From Antedon mediterranea (taxonomy: Eukaryota > Animalia > Echinodermata): a DNA stretch of 64,000 bases. This document shows positions 38,501 to 52,100 of the stretch, in pieces. Location of the stretch: positions 12,648,001-12,712,000 of the forward strand of contig NC_092674.1 in assembly GCF_964355755.1 (NCBI RefSeq). The letters are read 5' to 3'. A program made the position numbers and the translations under genes. Within the stretch, counting starts at the first letter, position 1; the number at the start of each line of letters is the position of its first letter. The notes beneath the pieces were generated by a model. The model was not told the origin of the DNA and made no database searches. It saw only the letters and a program-made list of their open reading frames with translations.

Positions 38501-40406
38501 CATTAAAAGTATTAACTTTTGCACACCAAATATTCTCCTCTGTAGAATCAGCTTCTCTTCCTTCGAACGAAAAGAACATTGGCTCTGTTTGACTATCATA
38601 ATGCAAATTGTTACCAAATGTTGCAACGTGTTTCATGTGCACAATTATTATATTTGGCTTATGTTTCATTGACATGATTATGTCTGTGTAATCTCGAGGC
38701 GATTCTGCTCGTAGGACAAACTTAATTCCGTTGACTACTCCATGGGGACAATGTGATGTTAATATTCCCCCGGCACACCCCCAGATTTTCTTCATTATTT
38801 TATTGAAATTATTATGGTTCTTGGCTAAAGCCTCCCTTATACTACAAATAATGTCCAACTTACTTCCTTTTGATGCAAGATTGATAGTTTTAGCTATTTT
38901 CTTGACTTCTTTAACAGTAGATTGGTGGAGCATGTCAAAAAGTCTCTCCTCACTCATATGTCTGCAGTCAGCAGTCAAGTTACCGTCTTCTGAAACTTTC
39001 CTGAATCCTGTGTTGTAAATTAAATTGTCTTTTCTTGTATGCTCACCGATAAACGGAGACCATTCGTTTAGACCAGCCGTTATTGGAAAATGATTTACGA
39101 GGCCTCTAGATAGTATATGCAAACTAACTCGTTCATAAAATTCTATGAAATCTACTTTTTCTGCATGAGGCTTGCCAAGTTCAGAAAAAGCTGTCCTAAA
39201 ATGAACCTTTCTGTTCACATCCATGATCATTATTGTGGGATGGTAACCACATATATTGCAATGCATACCTTCATTAATATTTGATTGAGCTTCAAATGCT
39301 AAATAAGCATTCAACACCAATGTTTGATCAATTTCTATGCCCGATGTTTCGCCTATCTGCTTAACAATGCTACCAGTACCTATGTGATGATCCACGCCTG
39401 ACCTAAGCCATAGACAAACATCAAAATCCAATACAAAATGAATCATTATAGTTATAAATACCAAGTTCATAATCTTTGTAATGGTAAGTCATTGAACATT
39501 TTGGGCACATATTTGACAGTTTCTCTTTTATACAATTCGGAAAAATCGAATTTATTAGGCCTTGGATACTGTAGTTTCTCTAATTTGGACATAGCACTTC
39601 TCTATTCTGGAGAAATTTGTCAAAATTTTATTTTTCTGCTAAAAATTTCTCTATTTTAGACAACATTTCCCCACTTTGGACAAATCGGATTTCTATATAT
39701 TGGACAGTTTCTCTATTTTGGACACAGCCCTTCTCTCGGGGCAAAATTTCCCCATTTTGGACAAATCGGATTTCTCTATATTGGACAGCTCTATTTTGGA
39801 CACAGCACTTCCCCATCCTGGACAGAAATTTCCCCATTTTGGACAAATCGGATTTATCTATATTGGACAGCTTCCTTATTTTGGACACAGCAATTCCCCA
39901 TCCTAGACAGAAATTTCCCCATTTTTGACAAATCGGATTTCTCTATATTGGACAGCTTCTATTTCAAACACAGCATTTCCCCATTCTGGACAGAAATTTC
40001 TTCATTTTGGACAAATCGGATTTCTCTATATTGGACAGCTTCTCTATTTTTGACACAGCATTTCCCCATCCTGGACAGAAATTTCCCCATTTTGGACACG
40101 ATATAGCGCCACCACTTCCCCATCTTGGACAGAAATTTCCCCATTTTGGACACGATATAGCGCCACCACTTCCCCATCTTGGACAGAAATTTCCACATTT
40201 TGGACACGATATAGCGCCACCACTTCCCCATCTTGGACAGAAATTTCCCCATTTTGGACAAATCGGATTTCTCTATATTGGACAGCTTCCCCATCTTGGA
40301 CACAATTATAGCGCCACCTATCGCTATTGTTCTTATTCTGGACAAAATATTTCCCCATTCTGGACAGAAATTTCCCCATCTTGGACAAAATTCACCAACC
40401 CGTCTC
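35509..40406 (-). mobile_element. Zisupton/KDZ-type DNA transposon, internally deleted and degenerate
   Basis: 8-bp TSD GAATATAC (35501-35508, 40407-40414). Inverted subterminal arrays of TGTCCA(A/G)(A/G)ATGGGGAA units at 35509-~36015 and ~39585-40406. Internal KDZ-like coding remnants. Empty site ~58605. Confidence 0.8.
36910..39560 (-). pseudogene. Disrupted polyprotein: Cys cluster, KDZ transposase with SAP, Ulp1/C48-like protease, PHD-like finger, SprT-like metalloprotease
   Basis: CPKCSMTYHY; CNICGYHPTIMIMD; VKEVKKIAKTINLASKGSKLDII (SAP-like); CPHG...LRAESPRD; NTQVAEQ; INAA...GLQDT, HW, VYDSL, QQQ...GHFCIAF; CxxC..YHKEC..CxxC; YNYINTIVYLGKLP...MAHEMIH...NGKVFK. Several stops and frameshifts. 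Confidence 0.75.
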
Positions 40407-40421
40407 GAATATACTGTATGG

Positions 40422-43400
40422 CAACACGGAGCCGAAAGTGCGGCTGACGTACCCTCGAATTTGAGTTTCCTTTTTTTGTAACATAGGACGATTTATTTTA
40501 ACCTGTTTTTATTCCATGTAAGAGTATTGCTTAGTTTTTTTTCTCGTTGATGTCCGTGAACCTGTATTGTGAAATTTGTGAGTTTTCCTTCCGTAAAAAC
40601 AACCTAATTTCTAGGCCGCATTTTCGCTTGACTGAGCAGGAAAATGCTGACACCAAACGATCATACACGCGGCGAACTACAACAAACTGCCTCAGTGGTT
40701 CGCTATGAGAGGCCTAGAATTAGACCACGTAAAAGAGGCCATATAGCTGGAAAGAATAAGTATAGACCCACTCTTAGCTATATTGGCAAAGTGAATATCG
40801 GTACTATACCAACGATTATAAACTATAACCGTACGGAATGTCGTAGACCAGCGAAGTCAGCCATTTTGGACAATTTAGTTGTTTTGAGTTCAGGAAGATG
40901 GAATTTCCCGTCACTTTTCATGACTAATGCTCTGTCCATCTGTAACAAAATGGAAGAGCTAAGATGTCGAATTAAAGATTGCCATCCGGAATTGATCGCT
41001 ATTACTGAAACGAAGCTTCGTGACGGTATTGTACTTGACAACATTGTGTCAATCGATAATTTTAACATTTTTCAATTCACATTTATTTACTCATCGTTTA
41101 TAAATACAGTTTCATAGCATAAATGATGGCAAGGATCCTGCATAGAGAAGTTTACACTTCTGTTTTCGCAGGACCCTTTTACATAAAAGACATAAAACAA
41201 TAAACACAACATAATAGATACAAAATAAAAAAAAAACATTCCTATATACATTTTAGAGTTGTTGTTAGACGCGACCAAATAGATAGATTAGGAGGTGGAG
41301 TAATGCTGTACATTAACCAGTCGCTGCCTTTCAGACACCATTGTGACCTTAATGATGCCAATTTTGAGACGGTATGGGTCACGTTATTTCCTAAAAGATT
41401 GCCTAGATCGATTGCTAATATCACCGTAGAGGTGGTGTACCAACCCACCTTGCTCCAATGATAGAGCGATGTCTTCTCATATCATTCATTGCATGGATAC
41501 CATCAGACTAAAGCACCCAGGCAAAGGTTTTATTGTCACTGGAGACTTTAACCGTCTAAAGGACTATGAACTTAAACGATACCCTCTACAGCAAATTGTA
41601 TCGAAACCAACACGAGTCAATGCTAAACTCGATTTGATTTACACGAATATGGCAGAATTTTTTAGTGAACCATTTATTCAGCCGGGCATGGGTCTATCGG
41701 ATCATCAAGTTGTAATTTGTAGACCAAAGGCTACTATAATTGTAAAAGACCCTACCACCATAACGTTTAAGAAGAGAGTTGTTACTCAGAACGCGAAAGA
41801 TATTTTTTGCGCGAACTCAATGATGTTAATTGGCATGACTTATATCGCCTCCCTTCATGTGAATATCAATTCAATGTTTACAGCTCAGTGTTGAATCAAC
41901 TTATTGATAAACACTTTCCAGAGAAAATCTGTACAAAGACCACCCAGGACAAACCATGGGTTATCCATAAGTTCAAGTCGCTTATTCGCAAACGGCAAAA
42001 TGCCTTAAACAATAACCAGCAATGTCTTTACAAATACTTGCGTAACCGAGTGAATCGGATGTCAAAGTCACTACGGAAGAAATTTTATGAAAAGAAAGTG
42101 TGTTCTCTTAACTCGGCTAATACAAAAAGCTGATGGCGACAAACAAAACAGTTCCTCGGACTTGAGTCGACCGGAGACAACCTCTCGGGTGTAGCAAATG
42201 AACTATACGATGGCAATATGACCAAATTGGCTGAAGGGATCAATTTGTTTCTCCAATCCATAACGTCGGCTTTTGAACCCATTGCACATCCACATCCAGC
42301 AGGAGTTGTACCTGACCATCTGTATATCCCTGTCGAGGCAATGGAATGTAAGCTGAGATCAGTCCAAGTTAACAAGGCAATAGGCCCCGACAATATTCCA
42401 ACATGGATTCTTCGAGATGGAGCACACAGTCTCGACGGTCCCATTTGCGCTATTGTCAACTCAAGTCTAAGAGAGTCGTATATCCCGGATGACTGGAAAA
42501 TGGCTAATATTGTGCCAATACCGAAAATAAATCCCCCTCGCTGTGTCCAAACCGATCTCCGACCCATTTCGTTAATATCTGTAGCTGCAAAAATTGTAGA
42601 GAGCTCAATTGGTAGTTTTGTATGGGACCAGCTGAAAGACAAACTATCAAACAACCAATTTGGTAGCTCAAAGGGGGTCTCAACAACTGACGCCCTCATC
42701 TCATTATTGCATCACTGGTACCAAGCCACTGATGCTGGCGAGGAAGTACGTGCTCTCCTATTGAATTTTAGCAAAGCGTATGATATGATCGACCACCACA
42801 TTTTAATTAGAAAGTTAAAGAACATAGGTATCGACGGAGTTATTGTAACATGGATTCAAGCTTTTCTTGCAGATAGAAAACACAGAATGAAATTGAAGAA
42901 TGTCTTCTCACCCTGGCTAATACCAAACGGATGAATCCCACAAGGATCATGGCTTGGTCCAATCCTGTTTGTTGCCTTCATTGATGACCTCCAGGTCGAT
43001 CTGCCGCTTATGAAATATATGGACGATACAACCTTTTACCAAAGATATAATAAGAACTCCGAGTGCAAAATTCAAGATAGTATGAATAGTATATTTAAAT
43101 GGTGCGAAGAAAATGATATGAAACTGAATGAGAAAAAATCGGTTGAACTGCGCATTACATGCAAGAGAACACCAACTGAGTTTGACCCGATCACTGTGAA
43201 TGGATCTGAAGTCAAGTGTGTTGAGTATGCAAAGTTACTAGGTGTCAATCTTGACCGTAAATTGTCGTGACCGGAACTGCTCAGATACTATCAAGCAGTG
43301 ATACGACCAGTTCTCAAATATGCCTGTGTTGTTTGGTCCCCGAGTTTATCCAAAGCACAATCTGACCAAATCGAACATGTCCAAAGAAGAGCGTGTAACA

Positions 43401-43894
43401 TAATATGCCCTGATGGTACCTCGTATGCTGATACCCGCAGATACCTTAATATCATCACTCTATCTGAACGCAGCGAGAAGTTGTCAATAAATTTCTTTGA
43501 TAAAATGAAAAAAGAAGATCATAGATTACACTCTCTCTTACCTAAATCTCCCACACACAACCAACAGCTCCGAGGCGTTTGATCGTTCACCCTCCCCAAA
43601 GTCAGGACACAACGCACAAAAAACTTCATTACTTTCCACGGAGTTTTCAATGATTGGTGAATGATCAGAAACTGAGTTATGATAAGCAAATTGTGAACCC
43701 ATTTTGGTTTATGTTCCTGGATGTACTATGATGGCCATTGAAAGACTGATCTGTGGACTATGATATATTTTAGTAACTTGTTTGATTTGTGTTTTACTAT
43801 GGTTTGTTTTTTTTCTTTGATAAAGTTTTTTTAAATATTTATGTCAATTTCATCACTGTTTTCTTGATGCAATAAAAAGAATTGAATATGAATA
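40422..43894 (+). mobile_element. Near-full-length degenerate CR1-group LINE (L2/Daphne/Crack-like), APE endonuclease + RT
   Basis: IAITET, GGGV, GDFN and SDHQVV (EN); KAIGPDNIP, LRPISL, FSKAYD, PQGSWLGP and KYMDD (RT); RPVLKYACVVW; AATAAA and GAAT(T/A)-type tail; possible TATGG duplication. Confidence 0.9.
41072..41265 (-). mobile_element. Short antisense insertion, probably a LINE 3' end, interrupting the endonuclease domain
   Basis: The EN frame DNFNIF|RRD is split by ~190 bp that ends on the minus strand in AATAAA...TGAATTGAA. Boundaries approximate. Confidence 0.55.
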
Positions 43895-43901
43895 TATGGT
43901 A

Positions 43902-44271
43902 CTGCAAATAAGTCAATCTATAATAATAACCCACAACTCTAATATTAACCCATGGGGGTTACTATTAGAGTCACAAAAACTTATGATGCAGCTGTATTTT
44001 GAAAATAAGGAGATAATGCATGTTGATCTCGGGAGTGGGGGAGGATTGAGTGTTCTTTAATTCAACCAAATTTGTTTATTCGTACTGTTTTATTATTTTT
44101 CTATGAGTTGCTGACCAGAAAAGTTGGGGTGGGTTACTATTTGCAAGTGCCTAATTTAGGATTAGTAATAGTAACCCATTAATCTAATAGTAATCCCCCT
44201 TCCAATAGTTAACCCACCCTAAAAAACAATCAAAGAATAATAACCCAGGGTTACAATTAGAAGATTTACGG
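43902..44271. mobile_element. Tc1/mariner-type MITE
   Basis: TA|CTGCAAAT...ATTTACGG|TA with repeated subterminal TAATAGTAACCC motifs; absent from the paralogous units. Confidence 0.6.
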
Positions 44272-46028
44272 TATATAGAGTACTGCTAACCATAATAGTA
44301 GGTAACATTTGTTTTATTTGACACGACAAAACATGTGGACTCCCCAAAAATGTACCGTATTATAGTGTAGTATATTTTAAATGTTGACATGACATAATAA
44401 ACATTGAAAGTTCTTTCTAACAGAGTTTTTTCTCCTGTTACTCGGATATTGTACTTAATTTTTGTTTTATTTATTGTAATACGCCGTATTCTTTATATTT
44501 TTACATATATTGTACATTGTTTTTCAATAAACAGTGCGGAGGATTCAGGTAATTTTTCTTTAAATGGTAACACCGCAGCTTTAAAATGTATATTGCTTAT
44601 ACAATATAAACCCTTAAACAACATTGGTAATAACCGTGAATAATTTTAGACAGCACTCAGGCAAAAGCTAAGTCGCTTCTTCAAAAAGAAGTTGTTTTAT
44701 AAGACGATACCACAGTAAGGGTGTGAAGTGGAACTAATTCGCCTTAAAATACTAGTTTAAAAAATATCATAATTAATTAACCTTTTAAATAGCTGATAAT
44801 CAGAGATGTGCGCGCGTGCAATTTAACCATCTCAATGAATATTTATTTACTAAAGCTAAAATTATGTTTTCTATTAGATAAACTTTGTTGTTATGGGAAC
44901 ATACTAAAGTGGTTGGTGTAACTTCACACTAACGATATATTTAAACATTACATTAATTAGTCTCCTTTACATAGACCTTTGTCATAGGCGATGATTTGAA
45001 ATTCAGATAGTTTTAGTATTGATATTATGTTACTGAGGTGTAGTAGTATGCTACATGCAATGTGGATTGATGAACATTTTAATTTATTGATGATAAAAGT
45101 ATATTATTATTGTAACCGAATTTGTCATGATTTACGATGAATTTAAATCAGTTTTTGCATCATGTTATAAGGTATAGTAGTATTATATTATTATTGTAAC
45201 TGAATTAACATTGTTAAAGTTTTATAGAATACTGGTAAAATACTGGTAAGTAATGTCCCACACTCCACACTAAATATGGCCATGCATTTAATACTGAACA
45301 TTGGATAGATTTAAACTATATGAAACTATTTTAACAATTATTGTTTGTACATTATACGTATGATGTAGTAATTCTTTGTTTGTCACTGAAATTAATGGTA
45401 AATGTACAATTTGTAAAGTGTCCCATATCGTATCTTTATGTGTTGTCAGTATGCTGTTATTTACGTACCTATAGAGCAACACCTTCCCCGCGATTATGTG
45501 TACATTTAATGAAGAAAGAACAATACTTAAAACTGTTACGTAAAAAAGGCGAGTGGCGTTTATTGTATGTAATATTTTAGATGAGTTAATATTATCAACA
45601 TGCACAAGTACCTTAAATTGAATTCTACAATGTAAAGTATTCCAATGAAAAAAAAATGGTCCTGCTCTAAAACGTAGTGACAACTCAAATACAAGTTATT
45701 TGGTAAGATCTTGCTTGAAGGTATCCATTGCTTTAAAAGACAACGAAGTAAACTATCTTTGATAACTGACTTCCCAAAGTCAATATTAACCTTGACAAGG
45801 CACCGGTGTTCCGAACCATAATTATGTGAGAGGTACGACCGCCGTGCAGTTATCGACAGTACAGTCATCCTCGCTACAAATTACAGTATCTATAATATGA
45901 CCCGCATTGTGGTTGGTTTATTTACCTATATTATTACCGGCACGCCCATTAAATTGTAAATAAATAATTTTTTTTAAATCACACTGAATTATATAGCACC
46001 TGTTATTAATAATATTTGTAACACTTAC

Positions 46029-46127
46029 ATTGTTTGGAAGATCCACGTTAGCACCTGCCTTGAGCAAAATAGTGCCAACGTCTGTGTGACCCTTTTGTGC
46101 AGCCACATTTAAAGGCGACCATCCATC
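46029..46127 (-). CDS. Ankyrin-repeat exon (99 nt, phase 0): DGWSPLNVAAQKGHTDVGTILLKAGANVDLPNN
   Basis: TTTCAG acceptor, GTAAGT donor, 33 codons; lies within ORF 45918-46142. Confidence 0.9.
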
Positions 46128-46625
46128 CTGAAATAATAACACACATCATGTTATATAAGTAGTAGTATAGTCTTCTACAAAAAGCTATTTAATATTGTAT
46201 TGAAATTTTTTCGATGTGATCAAGTAAAACTAACTTTAAAGCCAGGTGAGGGCAAACAAATTCTATTGATCTTGCATTCCAATATATATAGTTTCAACTA
46301 TGTTTCATAATGTTAGTGATTTTATTTGTGTTACACGAGCTTGTTGAAAATATGCACTTTATTATCATGGGGGATAGTTCAAATTACACAATTAAATCTC
46401 TATTCATTTATACACAAATGTTGTAAATAGAGAGGCAATTTAAAAAAAACTAAAAATATACAGTGTGGTAACAAATTTTATCACAGGACTAAATATAGAT
46501 AATACTTCATCGTTTTATTTTCGTGCTATAGCAAACATTATCCACCGTATATCCACCATCTTTTTTCACCTTCTATAGAGTCACCGGACATGTAGTTACA
46601 CTAGGTTAAACTACTTAACTACTGA

Positions 46626-47394
46626 ACAAGGCCAACAGCCATTAAGTCGCGTGCTACAATGCATAGTGATATCGGACCGACAGACAGACCGACAGACCGA
46701 CAGACCGACCGACCGACCGACCGACATAGTGAACTATACTGACCGAAATTACTGAACATGTTTAAAAATGTTGAAATGTTTAAAAACATTTTTATTTTTT
46801 GTATTTACACGTGCGTAGCTTGTCACTTTTGACGTGCTCGTATAACGTAATTTCGAGTTGAAAAGTAAGTCAAGAAAACAGAAATCTGGCAAAAAGAGTG
46901 CGCAATAACATTTTACGCGCAGTGCGCGCGCAAAAATATGCGCACTCATGGCAATTTTGTAAACGCTTAAAATTGCCTGAAACGTACTCTTATTTCATAG
47001 AAAATAAATTTTGAAATTTTTAAGCGCGCGTACGCATGCGTTACATGCGCTACGCACGTAATTGTATTGCCATATGATGATTTATGCCCTGAAATTTATG
47101 AGTACCAAATTTTATTTAATTGTGATTCATTTTTGTGAAGATATGATTACAAACGTGATTTCGTTAAATCGTGCGTAGACCGCGTAATTTTTTATTGCGC
47201 ACCGTGAAAACATAATCACATCGATTCCTGGCCATAAGGAATATACTGTGAAAAATTGACCTAGCTAGATTAAACTGATATCAAGATACGGTCAGAAAGC
47301 GATTAAACGCATAGAGTTACCGGACCGACAGACCGACAGACCGACAGACCGACCGACCGACATAGTGAACTATAGAGTCGCTTCCACGCGACTA
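46626..47394 (+). mobile_element. DINE-1/HINE-like (Helentron-associated) element
   Basis: Two (GACC/GACA)n microsatellite blocks, each followed by ATAGTGAACTATA; 3' hairpin AGTCGC..GCGACT then an A run. 5' boundary approximate. Confidence 0.65.
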
Positions 47395-48387
47395 AAAAAA
47401 GTCTTACTGGTTTTTATAGCAGAATTTTACCAAATTTTGTATTTGACCATTTTAAGGGAAATCCACTTGTTTTCGTCGTGATGTCTATTACAATTATTTG
47501 ATTTCTATTACAATTATTTGATTTATGTACAATTAACCAGATATTATATTTAAAATTCATGCCTGTACCTAAGCTTTAACTTGAATAAAGATTATTAACC
47601 TTTGATGTTTTCTTTAAGATAATGTATTGTATATGCATGCATTTGTTTGGCTTGTATACTATTTTGTTATAATAGTACGGTTATTTTGTACGTAGCATTT
47701 ATATATTGCAAATTTGGTAAGAAATTGTGGTCCTTAATATGAAAGATGGTACTAGTTCTGCTGCCAGTTATTTTGCTACCATTATTAAAGAACCTATAGA
47801 TACAGTGCACTGATTGGGTAATAGAATACTGTAGTTTGATACGGTTAGTGAAATTTTGCGACGGTTGAAAACTTCAACCTTTAAGATTTTTTGTTGGAGA
47901 CATTGATATACGCACTGTCATATGGAACTTTTAAAGTTAAAACAGCCCCAAATCATATTATGATAAAGTGGTGTTTGCGTTTGAACTGGCAGTTACGACT
48001 AAAAATGTATCCAGGCCCCAAAATGTGTTCAGATAACACATTTTGACTGCTAAATTCTCAATTGGTTTCATTTTGCTGTTACTTGGAGAAGATACGTTTA
48101 AAAAAAAATGTTTTGCCAAATCAAATGAATACGTCGATTCATATCCATTTTGTGTACCATTTTAATAAAATTGTGTTGCTATGTAGGCTACATCACAATA
48201 TATACAAAAACAGAAAAATCACCATTAAAAAGATCATTCCCTAATATTTAGTACTCTAAATGGTAAAAACCATTACGAAATCTAAATGTATGAGGGGTGA
48301 TGGACCGCTTCCTTGAACTTCAAAAATGAGATGGGTTGGGTCTTGCAAAATCAAATGTGTTTTTTTTGTAAAGTGATCTCTAATCAA

Positions 48388-48591
48388 TCAAATTGAAAGT
48401 ATACGTGAACCATAATTAACAATACATTTGAGTTCCAACTTATCCTTACATGTGGTCCCGGTAAACCATGCAACAATGATAAAAGTGAGAATACTCTCAA
48501 TGACCGATTTATTAAAAAAAAGACGTAGGCCTGATGGGAGGTTTAACTTCAAAATATTTAAGTCTATGCAAACAGTAAAAACGTTGAGCAC
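48388..48591 (-). mobile_element. Ancient LINE fossil (Rex1/L2-like post-RT region) embedded in the duplicated intron unit
   Basis: LRLFFNKSVIESILTFIIVAWF resembles LKLFYETVIQSVLVISFIAWF at ~4650. More decayed copies at ~13020, ~16700, ~35220 and ~58300. Confidence 0.7.
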
Positions 48592-49143
48592 AGGCCTTTT
48601 TCATAGCCTTATAGTAATAATACTTATTGTCGTGCCATTCAAGATCTCTAGTGATTTATTTACAATGTCAATTCCAGAGGGGGTATTTCATATTGTATGT
48701 GATTTACATTTTGTGTTATAAAATGTCAAGTGTTTCACCTGCTTTGATAGAAACAATACTGTAATGAGTTGAAAATGTAAACATATTTTTAATAGTATAT
48801 TGGTAAACACATGATGTACTGCAAACCAAACTAGTGTATTTGTGCACATAATAGTAGGTGACATTTGTAATTGAGACCGTTTTATTTGACACGAAAACAT
48901 GTGTGAACTCATAAAAGACGTACATAATCATATAATGTAGTACATTTTGAATGTTGACATGACATGATAAACATTAAACATGTTCCTTCTAGCATAGATT
49001 TTTCTGAGATTATTTGGATTTCGTTCTTAAATACGGTATATTGTTTTATTTATTGTAATGCCATGTGTTCTCTACGTGTCGATATAGTTAGGGTACGAAC
49101 ATTTATCTTAGTATTACAGGGTAACACCGTGGCTTAAAAATAT

Positions 49144-52100
49144 AATTATTGTTTATTATAAAACAAAGACCTTTGCAAAAACTCTACTTAGTTTATTAAT
49201 GAAAAAGATCTTAATTGAAATATACATTTGAATTAGCTGTACGCGAGTGCAAATAAAATCTCTAAATGAATATGTATATATACAGTTAGTGTTTACCGAC
49301 CGTCCAGTATCAAAATTCAATTTTCATACTTATATTGAGCTTTAGGCTATATAATAATTAGCTTTATTTCGAAGCGGTTTTAAAATATTTATGTGAAAAA
49401 CATTCCTGTGTTTTTTTAGATAAGATAACTACATTTTTTGATTTTGACCGACCGGTTTGTCTGAAAATCATACATAATACTAACAAAACAATACAATACA
49501 ATTAACTAGAATGAATGTAGAGGCCCGTTGTGAAAAGAAAGCCGAAAAATACCGTGCATAGCCATAATACGTGATTTTGGCCCTCTATCGACAGAACCTC
49601 CCGTAATCGGCCACTTTTCAATTTCATAAAATAAGGCAATTAATAGGAGTTGATACCTTAGTAGTTATAAAAGCCCAGGTCTATAGTCTACTTTAGTTAA
49701 GTATGGTCAACAACAACAACAACTAAATTTGAACTTATCAAGCCCACATTTTTTTTTCGCAAATACTGTAGGAGCAAATCCAAGCCTAAGCAACTGAAGA
49801 AAAGATATTTAGGCCTAGCCTAGATGTCATAAGTAAGCCCATTAATTACAATTTATCACGGTTGGTTTCTTCGGAAAATAGAGAACTCTACGAACGCCTC
49901 TTGCCTTAGGCTTGTCCTTCGGCTTGTCCTTCACCTTGACGAGTTCGAGTTATCCTCGTTAACGCATACCCTGCAACTAACATGAAATACACATAAAGTA
50001 CTATATGACGCGAAAAAATATGTTTATAGTGTTCTGAATTGTGTCGATCTATTCTGTGTCATACAATATTTTTTTTTTTTTTTTTTTATTTCATTTCATC
50101 ACATACATAATAAAAAATTAATATATAAAGGCAACGTAACTATTAAAACGATATAATACTCTCTCAAATATAAGAGAGTAATGAAATTAAAGAAAAAAAA
50201 ATAATGTATCGCAAAAATACACTTAATAATAATCATTTTGCTAATTATATGGTTGCCTTGTATTTTTGGTAAATGTGAAATAAATGATTATAATTAAGTA
50301 ATTGTTTTTTTATTTTGCAACTAAATATGTACCACTTGGTAATTAAAATTAAAATGTTTGCATCACTGTGTGTTTTTCCAAAACCAAAACATATACTTTC
50401 TTTGGTGATAATTAAGTTATTGTTGATATTTCGATACATATATTGTTTTACATTTTCCCAAATTTTCTTTACCAGATCACATTCAAAGAACATATGTGGC
50501 AGTGTTTCCTGCTTTTCCTTGCAGAAACTACACATTGGTGAATCGACCTTTGACATCTTAAAGAGCATTGTATTTGTATAAATTATACGATGAATAAATT
50601 TAAATTGAACAGTTTTTAGCTTAGTGTCATTTGTACAGGCGTGTAAATTTGAGAAAAGGTTTTTCCAATTAAGTTTGTTGTCAAACTCCTTTTCCCATTT
50701 GGATTCAATTCCAATTGGCTCTTCAACATTTTTTAATATAATGTGTTTATAGATATAATGACAATTTCTCGTTTTCACAGAAATGAATGTCTGTAAATTG
50801 GATTCAACTTCATTAGTTGTGTTTATACCTTGTTCAATTAATTTCTGTTTCCAGAGCTTTGGAATTGAATTTACAATCTGGTGATATAATAAGAAGTCTG
50901 GTTTAAAATTATATTTTTGGTTAAATTCGTCTAGTTCTAATATTTTCCCTTCTTTGTTCACGATATCTTTTACATAGTTTACATTTTTAACCAACCACTT
51001 TTTTCAACTTTAAATTCTCTTTTATCAAAACATGAGTTGTTCCATAAAGATTGATTTAAGATGTCCTCTATCGTATACGGTTCTACAAAATTGTATTCAC
51101 TCCACGCAGAGAGTATATCTTTATGGAACCTTTCAAATTGTTTAAATATTTTTGAAGATTTAGAAAAGTTGGTTTCGAAAACAATATTTCCTCCAACCTC
51201 TTTAATCTTACTTTTTAAAAACACTTTCCACTTGGATTGATTTCCATCAAGATATCTTTTCACCCAACATGATTTGAGAGATGTACAGTAACTCTTAATA
51301 TGGGGAATTTTTAACCCTCCTTCGTCAAAATTGTTAAGCATGACTTTTCTTTTGACTTTATCGGGTTTTCCGTTCCATATAAATTTAAAAATTTTACTTT
51401 GAATATCTTGAAGGAAACAATCGGGTGGGTCTGGTAAATTTGAGAAAACATACGTGAATATTGGGAGAAACAGTGACTTAATAATAGTTGCTTTTCCAAA
51501 CAAAGTAAGTGAGCGTTGTTTCCACATATTTAATACTTGTTCAGCATTTTTAGCCTTATCTGGAAAATCGAGTCTGAAAATATCATTACAATTGCAAGAA
51601 ATATTAACACCCAAGTGTCATACAATATTAAGTGCGAATAACCAATAAGTAAAGGTTAATATTCTATTCTGTTCCGTTTATTCAGTAAAGCCTAAATTTC
51701 AAACAGATATGTTACTTTTCACTATGATGACACGATTACGAAATCAGCAACAGTTGACCACATACGAATGACAATCGGTTCTTTTTAGTCGGCTGAATTA
51801 TTAACATTAATTGATTTAAACGGCCACCAACTGTCAGTAATCAGTTTAATAAAACTAAGTCGCACATGTACAGAGAATTTGACATGAAAACTTACAGATA
51901 CAATATCATTTCACTATAAATCTTTGATATCATGTGTATATAAACAACACTTGATGTGTTTACAATTGTCATGTCACGAGAATACAGTTGAGTTTCATAG
52001 GAAACAAAGTTGTAGAGATTATAAGTTTCTGAAATATACTGTAGTGCTGCTGTGTTATCTGAGAAAGTATATAATCTATATAATCATTATGTTATAGGCG

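Noticed and set aside
42085-42699. 204-aa minus-strand ORF and other short ORFs such as 19904-20347
   Set aside because: Antisense shadows of retroelement coding sequence or chance ORFs with no recognisable motifs.
45918-46142. Stand-alone small ankyrin ORFs (also 57292-57573)
   Set aside because: Only the 99 nt between splice signals is ankyrin-like; the rest is intron read-through.
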